64,000 bases of DNA, taken from the NCBI GenBank assembly GCA_002633005.1, contig NMRA01000076.1, positions 186,001 through 250,000 of the forward strand, read 5' to 3'. This document shows positions 26,611-40,222 of the stretch, one piece after another; position 1 is the stretch's first letter; each line of letters begins with the position of its first letter. The notes beneath the pieces were generated by a model that did no database searches, had not been told where the DNA came from, and saw only the letters and a program-made list of their open reading frames with translations. The position numbers and the translations under genes were made by a program. This DNA is from Phoronis australis. Lineage: Eukaryota; Animalia; Phoronida.

Positions 26611-29600
26611 GGTAAAGTCAACGCAAAACCAAGTGGCGGGAAACGCTTGCCTCCTAAAACGTCACTTCCGGAGTAGCGGACGAGTAATTTATAAAATTAC
26701 GAAAAGCTGTAATTAAGTGGAAAATATGTCTAGGATAACCAACCAACCTTATTTTAGCTCAAAATGACATGGGAAAAGGTTGCCTTCGCCTTTAACGCAA
26801 TTTTTCAACTTACACATTATCATGGAACGATCCCCAGTTCTTTGAAAAGGAATGTTTTCAACAAGTGAGAGACAATATTGTGGTCTGAATTCAGTTCTTT
26901 GTGGCAAACTACAGATGAGTATAGTTATATTTACAAAGTTTGCTTGCCGATAGTTCAGAAATAATCAATTTTTGAAGTTGGTGCACGCCTAAACAAGATT
27001 TTAAATCTCAACCTCCTCGTTTCCAAAAACTAGGCCTACTCTCCATTCACAGTTGTCAAGACATTCCTCGCAATATCGTTAAAGCTGAACATAGGAGCCC
27101 CTTTAAAATCCTTTTGGAACAGCACTCGCCGTCCACTATGGAAAGCCCGATGACAACACTGAACCATAAATGAGATGATTTTAAGATCTTTGAGGACCAT
27201 GATGTATCAGGACTTTGCTAAACATGTATTGTGTCCTTAATCAATAAATTTTAAAATATCAATAATAATAATAATGGTAACGAAAACGAAGCGATAACGA
27301 GTAATACTAGTGATAGTAGTTAGTAGTGATGGTAATGTGATACTAATAAAAATGATAATAGGTAGCGAAATTAATGTCGTGTCAGCCCGTCTCATTCCTA
27401 TAGAAGATGTATACGAAAAGTGCAGCCCAAAAGGGTGTTTTTTTTCACAGAAAAAAAAACTCTCCAAAATGGTGCCATTTCCGACAAAACTATATCTAAG
27501 GGTAGCTTTCCTGAATTTCTGATACAGAAGTGTGCAAAAATGCGAATTTTTACACAAATTAGTCTCTAAACGGGTCACTTCTTGTTCGAGCTCACTCTCT
27601 AAACGGGTGGGTATTCAAATTTTTCCGGCGGCACTCCTCATCTAAAAATACTCCAGTAGGCCTACCCCCCGGCCGTTGTCAAATACCACTTGTTCGTGAT
27701 TTTGGTCATTTTCTTTGCAATATGACGCGGGTTTCGTAAAATGTAACAATGGTACATTTCTCGCATGTGCGTTCGACGTGAAATGTAACAACTACGTAAA
27801 ATGTGACAACTTGTTGCATTTTAGGAGAGCCTTAGCAACGTAAAATGTAACAATGACGTAAAATGTAACAGTTGTTACATTTTACGAAATTGTTACATTT
27901 TACGGCGTATCAACGCTCATATCAAAATCTGTAGTGTTCACTTCTATCCGCAGGATTTTATCAACCCAGACGTAAAGAAACGAAGACTAAAAAGCGAAGC
28001 AGTAGGCTACCCTCGCGTGAAGTGGAATGGCAAAGTGGACGAAATCGAAGAAGAGTATCAAAAAGCTAAAACGACAACTTTTAAGTTTGAACAAGCGAAA
28101 TAAGAGAAAAACGAGGAGACTGAATCAGCAACTAAGGGGAAAGGTGACTCACAGCCGGGAAACAGCTAGTCATCTCTTGTCAAGAAAAACGCAAACATAC
28201 AAAGACGATCTGCCAGAGGTGTTGCCAAAGTACTCACAGATTTTCTGTCAAACATTTGAAAAGTAAATGTACAACTGCAAATCACTTTATCTGATCCAGC
28301 TCTCACGCTGATTTCATGCAATCACTTCAATTTATTATGCCAAATGTAGATAGAAAATAGACCAGTGCCCTTGAAAAGTCTGCAGTCGGTCTTGATACTG
28401 AAAATGGCTTTTCGACGAATGACCCCCTGAGCACCCTGAGAAAGTGTTTGAGGACAATTATGTGGCTAGTTCGAACTAGTCCATCGGCTTACAAACTGCC
28501 AGTTCATGATGACTAATGGTTTCGATGAAACTGAGAATGGGATTGTCAAACACTGCCGGACCTTTCTGAAAGATACCGGTACTGTGTGTCGGAAAGTACT
28601 GTGAATAACATTTTGATTTCATGGATTTTGATGCTATTTTGGGAAGCTTGAAAATATGGCCTCACAGGAGTGTGGTTTTAAACAATGTAAGACAAGATTT
28701 TTTGGAATAATACCAATAACGTTATACGAATACAGGTTCCCAGTTCTTTGCAAAAACATTAGCGAAAGTTACAGTAGGCCTACATGTAAATCATACACGA
28801 CATTCAAGAGTCTGATGGGTGTTGACCCTGATGGAGGTGGTTTGTTTCTTACTTCTTAGTTGTACTAGTGAAACAAGTGCAGCAATCTACATGATTTTTG
28901 CAACAAGAACACGACGAAGACATACCGTGAATAATACGCTTTCAAGGAAGTCACGCATTTCTAAAGATATGCGGGAATTTTCACCACTCGTCTTTCTGAG
29001 CGGCTTGTACCAGGATCAAAGAGAGCGCGGCGCCGGAATCAGGTACAATGGTGATGACCGCACTGGCCGATGCGAGCAAGACCCAATTAAATGTAATTAT
29101 CCGACCATAAACTGTATTAGACATCTCTGACTGTACATAATGGCGAATTTTCAAAATGCATTAACCACTAATTTTCGTTATAAATGAACACCACGGAAAA
29201 AAAGAACCAAGTACTGTTTTCGATTTTTAAAAATCGGTGAACTAACAATCTAAAAACTACAACCAATGGGTACGATTGAAGATAAACTACCGCGCGTATT
29301 GATATACTCGATGGATATACAAACGCTGGTAAGAGTTCACAATATCACATGGATTCATTTTCTAATCTTCTTTCAATCTCGTTTAACCAGACTTTTGACC
29401 AGGAAACAGTTGTTGTGCCCACTTTTCATTTTTTATTACTGACAAAGAGCTAGAATAGTTCTATAGTCAATGTCACCGAAATTGTCCAGAGATTCCAAAT
29501 CTTCAGTTTGATTATCACCATATTTGCACGTTTGTATACATTTTATCATTTGAGTTCTAATAAAGGTTAAACTTTAATGACACGTGAAATGTTTAGTGTA

Positions 29601-32600
29601 CCTGTAATGTAGTAAGTTTAGGGATGGGCTCACAATGAACTTAACTAAGTTTAGCTGGCAAACAAAATCTACCACTGTTTTGGTACTTCAAGTTCAAAAC
29701 TTAGATAAAAAGTTATCGACCCGTTCCCGGTAAGAACATTACCAGCAATATTGAAACCGTGAACTGCGCATGCGCGAAAGTCACTCAGTTAGCCCCCTTC
29801 AGGATACATGGGATTCGCAGAAAACACAGCGTGAGGGTCTTATTTATGAATCAATCACATTTGCCGATAGCACATAACATGAATAAGCATTTTGTTAAAA
29901 ACGTGGCCAAGTTTCAGAAAAATTCGAAAAATTTTTATGTTTAACATGGTATGGCCAAAGTTTTGGCTTATTTTGTCGCTTCGATCAGTGGAATCGCCGC
30001 TAAAAACCCGAAAGTGCATGTGAGAAAACGATAATTTTCGACCAAGCCTTTCATGTGCGGTTAGTTGCCGATAGACCCAACAGATGTCAGTATAATCAAG
30101 ATTAAAATGTAGGAATTTGAAGAAAATTAGACAAAATTTTGTATTTAACATGGGGTCGCCGAAAATTGCCAATTTTGGCCTTTTGATATCAGTTTATCAT
30201 CATAGACTATCATTAGTGGGTCTAGTTAAGTCGAAGTTATTGGTTAAATCACTGATAGTATTCACACCAGTATACTAATAAACGTTTTCTCTATATATAG
30301 CAGTTTGATTCCCATGCTGTAAGTAGTGCGTACAACAGGGATTGGCCCTTGACAGGCCCGGCCCGGCCCATAGTTGTATGGGAGCTAAAATTCAGCTCTA
30401 AACCAAAGTAGCTATGTACATGTATGTGCGGAAAACTCACCTGAGGTGTTTACGATCCACTTCAGGGAAAAAAATCGTTGTACCTAACAATAATTTGTTT
30501 CCGAGTACTTCGGGCATGGTTTAAAATTGAAAGGGGTCATTACAAGTTAAATTTATGAGAATTGTATTGTTGCATTGGCGAACTGAAAACTAGTCGATTG
30601 AGGTAGGTAGTGCGAGATAAGGCAACGAGTAAGGACAGCTTTGATTTGCTTAAGAATGGTGACTCATGATATTGGCCAGACATCTGTAATAATATGTTTT
30701 GTCTTTCCTTTTTAACGGAATATATTTGAACTTTGGTAATTTTGGAACAACCTTCCTGGTGCTTGTCTCCAGTAGACACGCGCGGAGAGTGAAGCGCTAA
30801 GTGGTCCATAAGCGATGACCTAGTTTACGCAGAGAACCTGGCGGATGACCTAGTTTACGAATTGCTGGTAATGAAGAAACAAGTGGGCAGAAGTATTAAA
30901 AATTAAATAAAGAAAGCCAATATGAAACTTATCGTTCCTTTGGGAAGTGGCCCTTTGTGAAGATAAACACAAGTTAACCTTTTTAGTCATTTTGTAATAT
31001 TTATAATGTACCAAGTTAAAACTACTCTCCAGAGTTGCAGGCTATAACTCTTGCAAATGTCAGAGAAAACCAAATTGGGGGTACTACCAACAACCATTGT
31101 TGATACAGTAATGCTAGCAATTACCTTTCCACTTCATTAGCTCAGATCTACTTCAATATAAAGGGCGTGCTGAATAGGCATCGTAAAAGTTGTCTGGGGC
31201 TTAAGGAATCAGAGTGGTCACCAGTGTAAGCGAGAAATTCTCCATATGAACTGGAAAGCGTCATTGCAGAACACAGGAGCCTCGTTTTGGTGAACTTGTA
31301 CCCAATTCAAATCACCTGAAAATCTCGTGTCCTGGCATATGAAAATGTATTTCATGCGAGCACCAAGCATAAAAATGGAGGGGCTCGAATTTTTGAGAAT
31401 GTGGACCCTTTACTAAGATTCACGTGGTACGTTCAGAGCTATGAATTGTGCATTCGCCGAATTTTGGTAGTTCCTGCCTATGGACTTTTGTCTCGTTTTC
31501 TACTTTTTTCGGAGTTTTTGTTTCTCTGAGGCGGACCTATTTTTCAGCCACTTCGCCAAATGGGAGGCTCGAACGAGCCCCCTCTCCTGGTGTGCGCGCA
31601 TGTATTTGCATTGTAATCAATTCCTTTAAGAACTCAAAAGGTCAAAAATTATGCAAGCACTGTTTTCGTATCTTGGCAAACGCGTGTCTAATTTTCTAGA
31701 GAGAAAAAGTTAGATGTATTTCTAGGTGAGCGAAGAAGAAAGGTGAAATACAATTTGCCACTCGATGAACTACTGGTGCTGAAAATACATCGTCTTTGCG
31801 AGGAATTTATATGCGGTGGCAGTCAGTGCTTGGTATTGCTGCAATACTATATGAAGACTAAGTGTCAAGCCATTGGAAGATATTGTCGTCTGCCAGATTC
31901 TTTTTGTGAGAAGGGCCCGTCTGCACTGAGAGATGACTTGCAAGCTAGAAGTTATATGAGCAAGGGAGAATTCAGTCGATATGTCATTCGCTTTACCTTG
32001 TAAAAGACCCCAATCTATTATTTCGTTCTGTTGACAGCGTACAGTGTGTTTGCCAATTGCCCCGCTCTTGACGGACTGTCCCACTTTTTTGATTTTTTAC
32101 GCCATCCCGCCACACCATCTAAATGTCTCGGTTTTAGACACACGGCCAAATTGATGTATTATTGTAACTTCCCAAGCAACATTGCCATATTTTTCGCTAG
32201 ACAAACAAGAAAAAAACGGGACGTTTCATGGGTTTTTGCGGCACCCGCAATTTCCCATTAAACTATAAAAAACATCAAAACGCTACACTTCCCGAAAAAC
32301 GCTTTCGATACGTCTTTGTGTGTTGCAGCGAACATTTCATCCTTACGTGTTGGGTTAGACCCAGATGTCCATCTTTTTATCCTGAAGTCCGGCTTTTCAG
32401 TCCAGTTGTTCAGTTTTTTCATTCTTGAATGTCGACCGTGACAATTATGCAGCAATTGTCTCTATTCATGAATATTGTTATTTTCCAGAGTCCACTTTCG
32501 TTAGTAACATAACACTCGTAAACATGTGTTCCAATGTGTCTTGTTCACGGTAACATATACTACATGAAATAGAATCACAACTCTTACTTTCTGAAGAAAA

Positions 32601-34482
32601 GAGTTTATTTCTTAACTTTTATGAATAGTCCAACACTGCAACCAATGTGATGAGCTATCCACCATATATTTCAAAGCTTTATGATAGATGTTTGCCCAAT
32701 TTTTATCTATCAGAAAACGTTTATCTGAAAATTTCGGAAAGATACTTGGAGTAGTCATATCCCATGTCACTGCATAAATGCATAAATTAGCCCGACTAAA
32801 TTATTCACAGCAAGCGTGAGGGATCTATTTTCTAAAACCTTTGTCTTTAAGGGGTAGAAATCTTTTAAATCATTTCCCTAATGGCTTAATCAGTCATTTA
32901 TATAAACTACCTGGTTCATTTCCTTTTTACATTACTATTACACGCTGTTATTTTTCGCATTTTGGTAACACTCTTGGTTCTTAGAAGTAAAAATATTTTG
33001 AAACCAGTCGGGTAGGCGAAATGATAATTATTTATGAATTAAACTATTTGTCTTTGGCTTCAGGTATAACCATCAAAAACTGGCAAAGGACTTTCTAATG
33101 ATATGATTTTATACAATTTGGTTGAAAAACGGCGGAGTTGCAAAGTTTTGATGACAGTAAATATCATAAATTCACACACCGGAACAAGCGAATGCAAACA
33201 ACTCTCACGCATGCGCGGCGCAACCTTAGCGGCCGCGAGATGAGAGTAATCATTCCAGGGCTAGATTTCTCTTGTTTGCGCCACCGGTGACGCAAAGCAG
33301 TTTGGGTAATATTTTGGAGTTCAAAAATGGCGTATGATAAATAGATGACGCGTTACTCAGTGAACAAGTTAAACTTATTGGTTGTTACCAGGCTCAATAA
33401 AAACTTTTTTCACGGCTCACACTAGTAGCTGACGTCATACGCAAAAATGGGCTTCTTACTAATGGTACCCTTCGTAGATATAATATAATGCCTACATATA
33501 TACTGGGGACTGAGTGGATGCTCAGTCTGTGATTCCTTAATGCTGTTCATATGTGTGACAGGTTAACCAACAAAAACTTTTTATTACAAAATATGGTCAG
33601 TTAGACAATGCTCACAAAATTAAAGTTTCTCTACACAGAAAAACAATGGTTTCATAGCGGTGTTCAGGAGACTGGGGGACTTTGTTCATCAAAACACTCA
33701 ATCCCTCACCTAACAAACAAGGTGGAGCTCGGTTCAAAGTGTCGCCTGCTTGGGATGAGAGTTTACGTGAAGTTGGTAACCGGACGAGATCTCGCGAGAA
33801 AGGAAGAGACGACGGTTTCCGCCAATCTTCAGTACAGTTTTCCTTTTGAAGAAGGCGCGATGCCTCCGAGGTTCTAGGAGATTGATTTTGTGAGTACCGT
33901 CCAGCAGACCAAATTTAATTCGAGTACAGTGAATACATCAACAACAACAACAGTTTATTACACTTTAGGGCTATGCTGAACTAGTAGCACAGATTTCCAA
34001 AGGAGCCATCTGGGCATTGTACCGAAGTGAATTGGATCTGAAAAGAACCCCGGGAAAACTCTATTGTTGTTCGCAACGCGCTCATTCAACAACATGTTGT
34101 AGGCCTGACGAGAAGGTTTCGCCTTGTCAGCAGCATAGTTACTATGAAGAAAGTCTGGTGTGTTGACATTTTTGAACTTGAAATATATTAACGTCCTTTT
34201 AAATAACAAAATTTAGAAGTCATCGACATCTTGCCCTGGTTTTCCACATGCAGCGGACGTGCACAAAGATCTCCAAAGAATCCCCATGGGGATTCCGAAA
34301 CTTGTTTCTAAAAGTGCCCAATAGGGGGACTCGTTCTTAATGGAAGCCTTCATAAATCTAGCTCCTCCACATACTTCACAGCTGATCGTTTACACGCGAT
34401 ACACGAAATAGCAACAATAGTTGAACATGTAGAAATGAGTACAAATTCAGTTCGCCAGATATCAAGTATGTTACAAAGGTGT

Positions 34483-34713
34483 CTACAACAGTTTTGTCGC
34501 CAACAGTGGCATAATCATGAACAGGGCGGAGAAGGCCGTGAGGGTGGGGGCACTATTCTCCGGGCTGTAGCCGGATGGGTCAGCCACTTGGAATGTCGGA
34601 TCGTACACGATCTTCTTGCCTTTTGCAAACTTGAAGGATAGCACAGACTTGGAGCCCTGCGTTTCCAAAGAGGGTGCAGTAGCCATTTCCTTCAGCGTCC
34701 CATCGATAACCAC
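34483..34713 (-). CDS. SAARP-like protein, exon 5 (YDP motif, hydrophobic GPI-like tail)
   Basis: VVIDGTLKEM...FKFAKGKKIVYDPTF...NSAPTLTAFSALFMIMPLLATKLL*. Total CDS is 903 nt. Confidence 0.85.
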   Translation of the reverse strand: MVIDGTLKEMATAPSLETQGSKSVLSFKFAKGKKIVYDPTFQVADPSGYSPENSAPTLTAFSALFMIMPLLATKLL

Positions 34714-35092
34714 CTGCAGTACAGCACCAAGCATCAATGTTGCGGTTATGTGTCAATGGGTTACCAAAGTTAACAAAACATCTATACAATAAACAAGTTC
34801 TTTTATCTACTCATAATTATTCCGCAGCATACCTAGACCTCGAGTAACCTACCCTTTACCAAACACAAATTTTGATTTAGGCATCTCACCCTTGATCGGC
34901 CGGGCTAGCGCGGGTTCGTTATCCTTATTTCTTGCAGAGCAGGCTCAAGAAGTTGGATTAACCTGGCGTGTAACAAATGGAAAGGATCATCTGTTCCAAA
35001 AATGGCGAGATCCTTCAAGACTTTAGGGAAATGTAGCTCCGGAGACGACAACAATACGCCTACGTACGCACAGATATGTTCCTATTTCTTAC

Positions 35093-35250
35093 CTTAGATG
35101 AGATGGCCAAGTCCATATCATCACCAAGATCAAATTCTAAAACCTTCTTGTTCATCTTTCTTCCATTCTTTCTCTTTTCACCACCTTTCCTTTTTCTTGG
35201 TTTTCCACCCTCCTTACCTTTAATAGCAACCTTCACGACAATCGCTGCTC
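35093..35250 (-). CDS. SAARP-like protein, exon 4 (Lys/Arg-rich)
   Basis: AAIVVKVAIKGKEGGKPRKRKGGEKRKNGKKMNKKVLEFDLGDDMDLAISSK; phase 1 to 0. Confidence 0.82.
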
Positions 35251-36518
35251 CTGAAAGAGTACAAGTGAGACATGTACTGCTACTGCTTTGTCATACATGC
35301 ACACAATATATTCTAGGATATCTTATGGTAGATACATTCAATCGGACAATTTGTTGTGAATTATGTTTAAGGGTGCATTAATTTTGACACAAAATATGAA
35401 CACGAAATCCGCAAGGGATGTTCCCAGAGAAATGCTTGCATTCAGGTTATCACGTGGGCCCCCTTTTACACGAATAGCGTCGCTCCCAGTGGTGCTGTTG
35501 AACAGGGCTGCGTGCTGTAGACCCAACACTTTAGCTTGCATTTGCAGCAAAAAATATTTATTTATGGAACGGAAACAGTGATTCCAATTCACCCGAGAAA
35601 CCTGGTTTAGGGAATGTTAATCTGCTTTCTGCTGTCGGTGTTTCCAGATGTCAAAAAGAGACACCTTTATTCATTAGCGGCACCTGGAGAATATCATATC
35701 GCCCATAGATTTAAAATTACCTTGCCACCACTGCATCGGTTTCAACACCCAGTAGGTATTGGAAAATAACTTAGGATTACAGATTTCAAATTTGTACTAG
35801 ATTGCCATGAGTACAATTCTTTGACTGTGTGAGTTTTTCTAAAGCGTTTTCCGATTCTTAAATACTCTGGATGTTCTTCAAAGCAGAAAAAGTAAACTTT
35901 AAGATTGGTTTTGTACAGGTAATTGGTATAGCTTTGGCCTTGTTATTTTTTCAAACAGCTTAACAGGAAGGAGTGAAATTTTAACGAGACATATCGGTTT
36001 CACGGCAGAAAAACGCATTTTGGGACCAAATTCGCCCCTCTAAGGAAGATCCATGGCAACATTTTATGCGTGAGTGAACGTAACATTTGAGAGGTAAGCA
36101 TTACACGGCAACTTGGGAATTGAGGAATGAGAAGATGAAGGAGTTCCATCACCATACACGAGATTATCTCTGACCTCTTCGATGACTAACGTTATTCGCG
36201 TGAAACTTCTCAGTTCATTCGAAGCGTGTCACATGATTGGCAAATTTTGAATCGACTCCATAGTAATGTTTGGTGGTTTGAGGCCACCATTTATAAAGGC
36301 AGAACTGTGATGTCGCCAGAGAGCATATACAACCGTTTTTGAACTAAAATGTCCGCGTAAGCCCTAAAACCGTCATGCCGACGCAGTGTTCCGGAGTTTT
36401 CCTTATGTTTGGTAATGTCCGTTGAGGTGGCGGTCATATGAAGTCCATTTTCTTGTAAACTAATAACGTACAGAGGTTTAAGGTGACACGATAGAAAGAA
36501 ACAGCTGCAGTTTCATAC

Positions 36519-36854
36519 CTGCATTGCCCTTTTTCATGTTGTTATCTTCCCCAGCACCAGTGCCACAGAACTGCCAGTCCTGGAGTTCAATGTTCATTTT
36601 CACATCTCCCCGCTCCACGCTGACCTCTTCATCACTGACTGTGTACGTTCCATTCTCCTTGAATATGTATATATGGGCGGTGAGTGTAGACCCCGCACGA
36701 AGCGCCGAGGTAAAGTTGAAGTAAGAGGCGCTAATGTTTTGAAAATCCACCTCTTCTGGTTTATCCTCTGGCATGAACGTGAAGTCGGTCTTGGCAAAAG
36801 TGCGGTAAAAATGGCCGGAGCATCCCACGGCGGACCCTGCTGAGTCAACTTCAG
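36519..36854 (-). CDS. SAARP-like protein, exon 3
   Basis: EVDSAGSAVGCSGHFYRTFAKTDFTF...HIYIFKENGTYTVSDEEVSVERGDVKMNIELQDWQFC, similar to the recalled coral SAARP core; phase 1 to 1. Confidence 0.85.
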
Positions 36855-39026
36855 CTGTAAATAGAAACGAATAAGATAATGAAAATGCTATAAAAATATG
36901 GTTGTTATTCGATCTTTGTAACAGATATTCCAATAACAATTCTAATTGCTGTTTCTGATCAACAAGCTTGGAGAGAAGTTGTCGACATGTCCACAAACGT
37001 TTTTGATCTGGAGAGACTAACAACACTCGCAGATGGACTGCAGTAAAAAGTCTTTAAAATGTATTATACAGCTTCACTGTCTCTAAGACACCATGTAGCC
37101 TACTCAACATAACGCACTGTCCTCTTTAGCCGACTATACACTCTTTCACAGTGCTACGAAAGGTAGCACTTTGGATATTGTTTGATATGGCTTCTCATTG
37201 GTTAACGGAATTCCGTGTGTCGTTCATCATGTTTACACAGGGGTATTTTTCAGTATACATGTAGGTAGGGCTGTGTCACAGGATATGGCCAACTGCTGTT
37301 TTGCTTATGTCTCTGGTATCCGTTTTCATCTAAACCTCCCAAAAAAGTTCAGAAATCGATGTTTGGCCGTCAATGCTATTGTTATTTTTATCAATTTGTA
37401 TAATTTTGTGTACTAAGATCCTCTTTCCAACCCAAAATCATTGAGATAACTTATTTTTAGATTTCAACAGACCTGCCGATTATTTCCTAGCCCATTGTTT
37501 TAAGGAGTGGTTGCAAATGTGACTATATAATATAGATCGGTACATCACAAAGACAACTAACTCAGTGGTTCGTCGGTGGTCGTCGGTTGTTCACTGTTCA
37601 CCTCATTCGCATACTAGGTCTATCGTTGAGTAGACTGCGACGTAGCAATCCATGGCTTATCAAGAATCGCCATAAGACGGTAAGGATAGCTGCCATGTTG
37701 ATTCGGCGTCGTTGAGGCAGTATCATATCGATCGGCATATCAATAGTAGGTCTACTTTGCAAATGAGGGGGGGGCAAACGCGAAATTGTCGACCAGGGGT
37801 TGAAATGGGTGGCAACCTGGGGGCAATTTGTAATGAACAAGGAGGTCAATCGCAAAACTGGAATGAGTTTTGACCGGGGGAGGACTTTTTGCAATGAAGT
37901 GGGAAGCATGGCCTGATCGTGCCGACCTCCCATGACTCAATGTCGGTGCAACTCTGAACTTTTGAGGATCAAGGACGCAACTGTCAACAACTGTGTTAAT
38001 AAATCAGGTCTCATTGATTGTAAGAGATAGTAGATAAAATGGGAAAGTGCGTAAAATTGTTGTTTGGGTTTTATTTAATCAAGAGTTGGTCACTGAAAAG
38101 AAAAACTCAATGAAAAAAACACATTTTGGTAATTCTTGTCGAAACTACCTGTAGGCTACGGGAGAGTTATTCACTTCGACCTGAGAGAGAATTTCTAGAA
38201 ACATCGCTAAGTTGCCGTTTTTGAAAAGACTGTGGTTACCACAACCTTTCAGACTTCCCTCCCCATGATGACGTAAGCGCGCATGCGCTTACGTCAATAC
38301 ACCTACTGTCAAAGTCACCATATTTTCATTCGCACTCGAGTCAACAGGTCAAGATGTCACATTTCAAAATGAAGACCAAGCATGTTGCATCATGAGAAGA
38401 AACCGGCGAAGTGACAAGCGTTTAACAGATCATTTTTTTTTAATTTGACTCGAGAAGAAGTACACGATTTACGGCTTGGAGGCTCCCAATTTCTCAGAAG
38501 AAGCTTCGACAATAACTGCACAATATACTGGTATCCAATTAACTTTCAGATAAACACACTGAGGGATTTGAATTTAAGTTGATAACACGGTTCATCCAAA
38601 TTTAACGATACGTTCTTACTTAGACCAGCTTAGTTTTGCAGTTTTTTCTTCATTTCTAGTTGCGGCTGGGTGCGTTTCAGACTTCAGCGAGGCAAATGTC
38701 ATACAGCCAAAAGAATGTGATATTTGGTATTCATTACATTTAGCACATTGGTATGTACAAGTTGTGGACAAGTCATTTTTGAGACTACGGTTATTCTCCA
38801 CTAATTTCGCACAAAATAATCGTCATTCTTCCATTTCCCAAACGCTGATTACTTAGCCACAAATAGTGGGCACCCTCTAAATGTAGTTATTTTATGACAT
38901 ATACACAATACAAACCAAGGTACGGTAATAGACTAAAAATGTCTTAAACTTCATCTTTAGGAAGAAATTTGACAAAAGACAATTTCACTTGTCGGCTGTA
39001 CTCTGTGCTAAATAAGTGAAACTCAC

Positions 39027-39157
39027 TCAAATCGTCGAATTCTAGTGTCATCGACTTCTTCCGTGGCTTATCCTGTTGGATGGAGATCTTGCCGGATTGA
39101 CCCAAAACTTTCAGTGTAATGCCACCTTGTTTAGCTTCCCTGTCTTTACCATAGACA
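39027..39157 (-). CDS. SAARP-like protein, exon 2
   Basis: VYGKDREAKQGGITLKVLGQSGKISIQQDKPRKKSMTLEFDDL; TTTTCAG/GTGAGT boundaries. Confidence 0.82.
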
Positions 39158-40222
39158 CTGAAAAATGAACTGGCAGCATCAGAAGATCCATTCTAGACCA
39201 AGTCGATGGAACTTTATGTTTCATTATAAAAATGTGTAGGTTCGGATTCAGGGGTGTAAGGCTTGATCAAATACTGGGACGCTACACCTTTTAAAGGGAA
39301 GTTTTCGTTTTTACGACCGAAAAACCTCTTTAGGGGATTATTGTTAGGTGGAATGACCTTCTTGTTAGCTTTGAATAGATCAATAAAACAACGAAATCCG
39401 TCGTTTTTTGTGATTTTACAACAAATCGCCACTTCTCGGCAGAAATTTGCTGAAATCAAGGTCAATGAAATACGCTTGAGATACTCCACCATTTGTCAAG
39501 TGGAATTTTACTCCAACAGTTCAGTGTTAGACTGTAACCGCGCTGAGGCTGATCTCACAAAATCCCCTTTCTCGCCAATAATGTCCTTTTAGAGCTGCCG
39601 TAACAGGTTGCTCTTTGGACGTTGAGATAGGGCCTCTCCGCTTCGCGATATCCTAAAGGTCGCCAATTATTTGCGCCAGATTTCATTTCGTTCGTGACGG
39701 TCCACTTGGCAAACTTAGAGCTAACCACTATGATGAATCAAAACTGGTTAAGACTAACTGGACTGCTTTAGTAAACTTTAACACAATTTCCAAGAAATAC
39801 AATCACACAGTAATTTTATTGCACGTCGCACGTCATTAATGTAAGAAGTTATCGGACTGGGCCGCTAAATTAGTGTTGCTTATTTGCCGCTTGGGACGCT
39901 AGTTTTTCCACCGATGATAACCATTGCGGCAAATGGCAAGATGGCGGAGTGAACTCTCCTATTCTTCGTACACTCCTTGGTGTAATCTCATTTGCTACTA
40001 CTCTTTTCAAAATCGACTGTCTGTCAGGTGAAAAACAGTTTCGCCAGGAATGGTTTGAATATTTGGTAATGTCCTCTCGCAACAAAAATTCGCTGCCTGC
40101 ATGTCGCATTTGGTTTCGGTTACTTGAGTCACAATTTGTGGTGGTTGTGACAGGTTTAAAAAAATATCCAAAGCATGAAAGATCCCGACGTCGGCTTAAA
40201 AACGTGCAATGGATGTATAGTG

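Larger units (their letters stand above)
25122..26791 (+). mobile_element. Kolobok-type DNA transposon (TTAA TSD, ~160-bp TIRs, THAP ORF); interior lies in the assembly gap
   Basis: TTAA at 25118-25121, then AGGCGAAGGCAACC...GGTTGCCTTCGCCT, then TTAA at 26792-26795. Near-perfect TIRs. Purine-purine termini, TTAA TSD and THAP together fit Kolobok. Confidence 0.85.
23918..27909. mobile_element. Non-autonomous TIR element with internally repetitive ~170-bp inverted ends
   Basis: 23920-24090 is the reverse complement of about 27733-27905; both are built from aaatgtaaca/tgttacattttac subrepeats. The exact left terminus and TSD are unclear. Confidence 0.8.
23777..28750 (+). pseudogene. Decayed THAP-domain (P-element/THAP9-like) transposase split by a 4-kb insertion
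   Basis: N-half at 23777-23915 (MPPHFCCCGECG, then frameshifted KDLSFFGLSINNKPLLSLWIIKMRRNLTYFN). C-half resumes at about 27912 (NAHIKICSVHFYPQDFINPDVKKRRLKSEAV), followed by a basic coiled coil and an SPSAYK-like remnant. Confidence 0.65.

Noticed and set aside
25559-26716. Long poly-X ORFs
   Set aside because: Artefacts of the N gap.
24430-27240. Possible captured gene fragments inside the TIR element
   Set aside because: Only short, stop-ridden frames with no motif I can name confidently.
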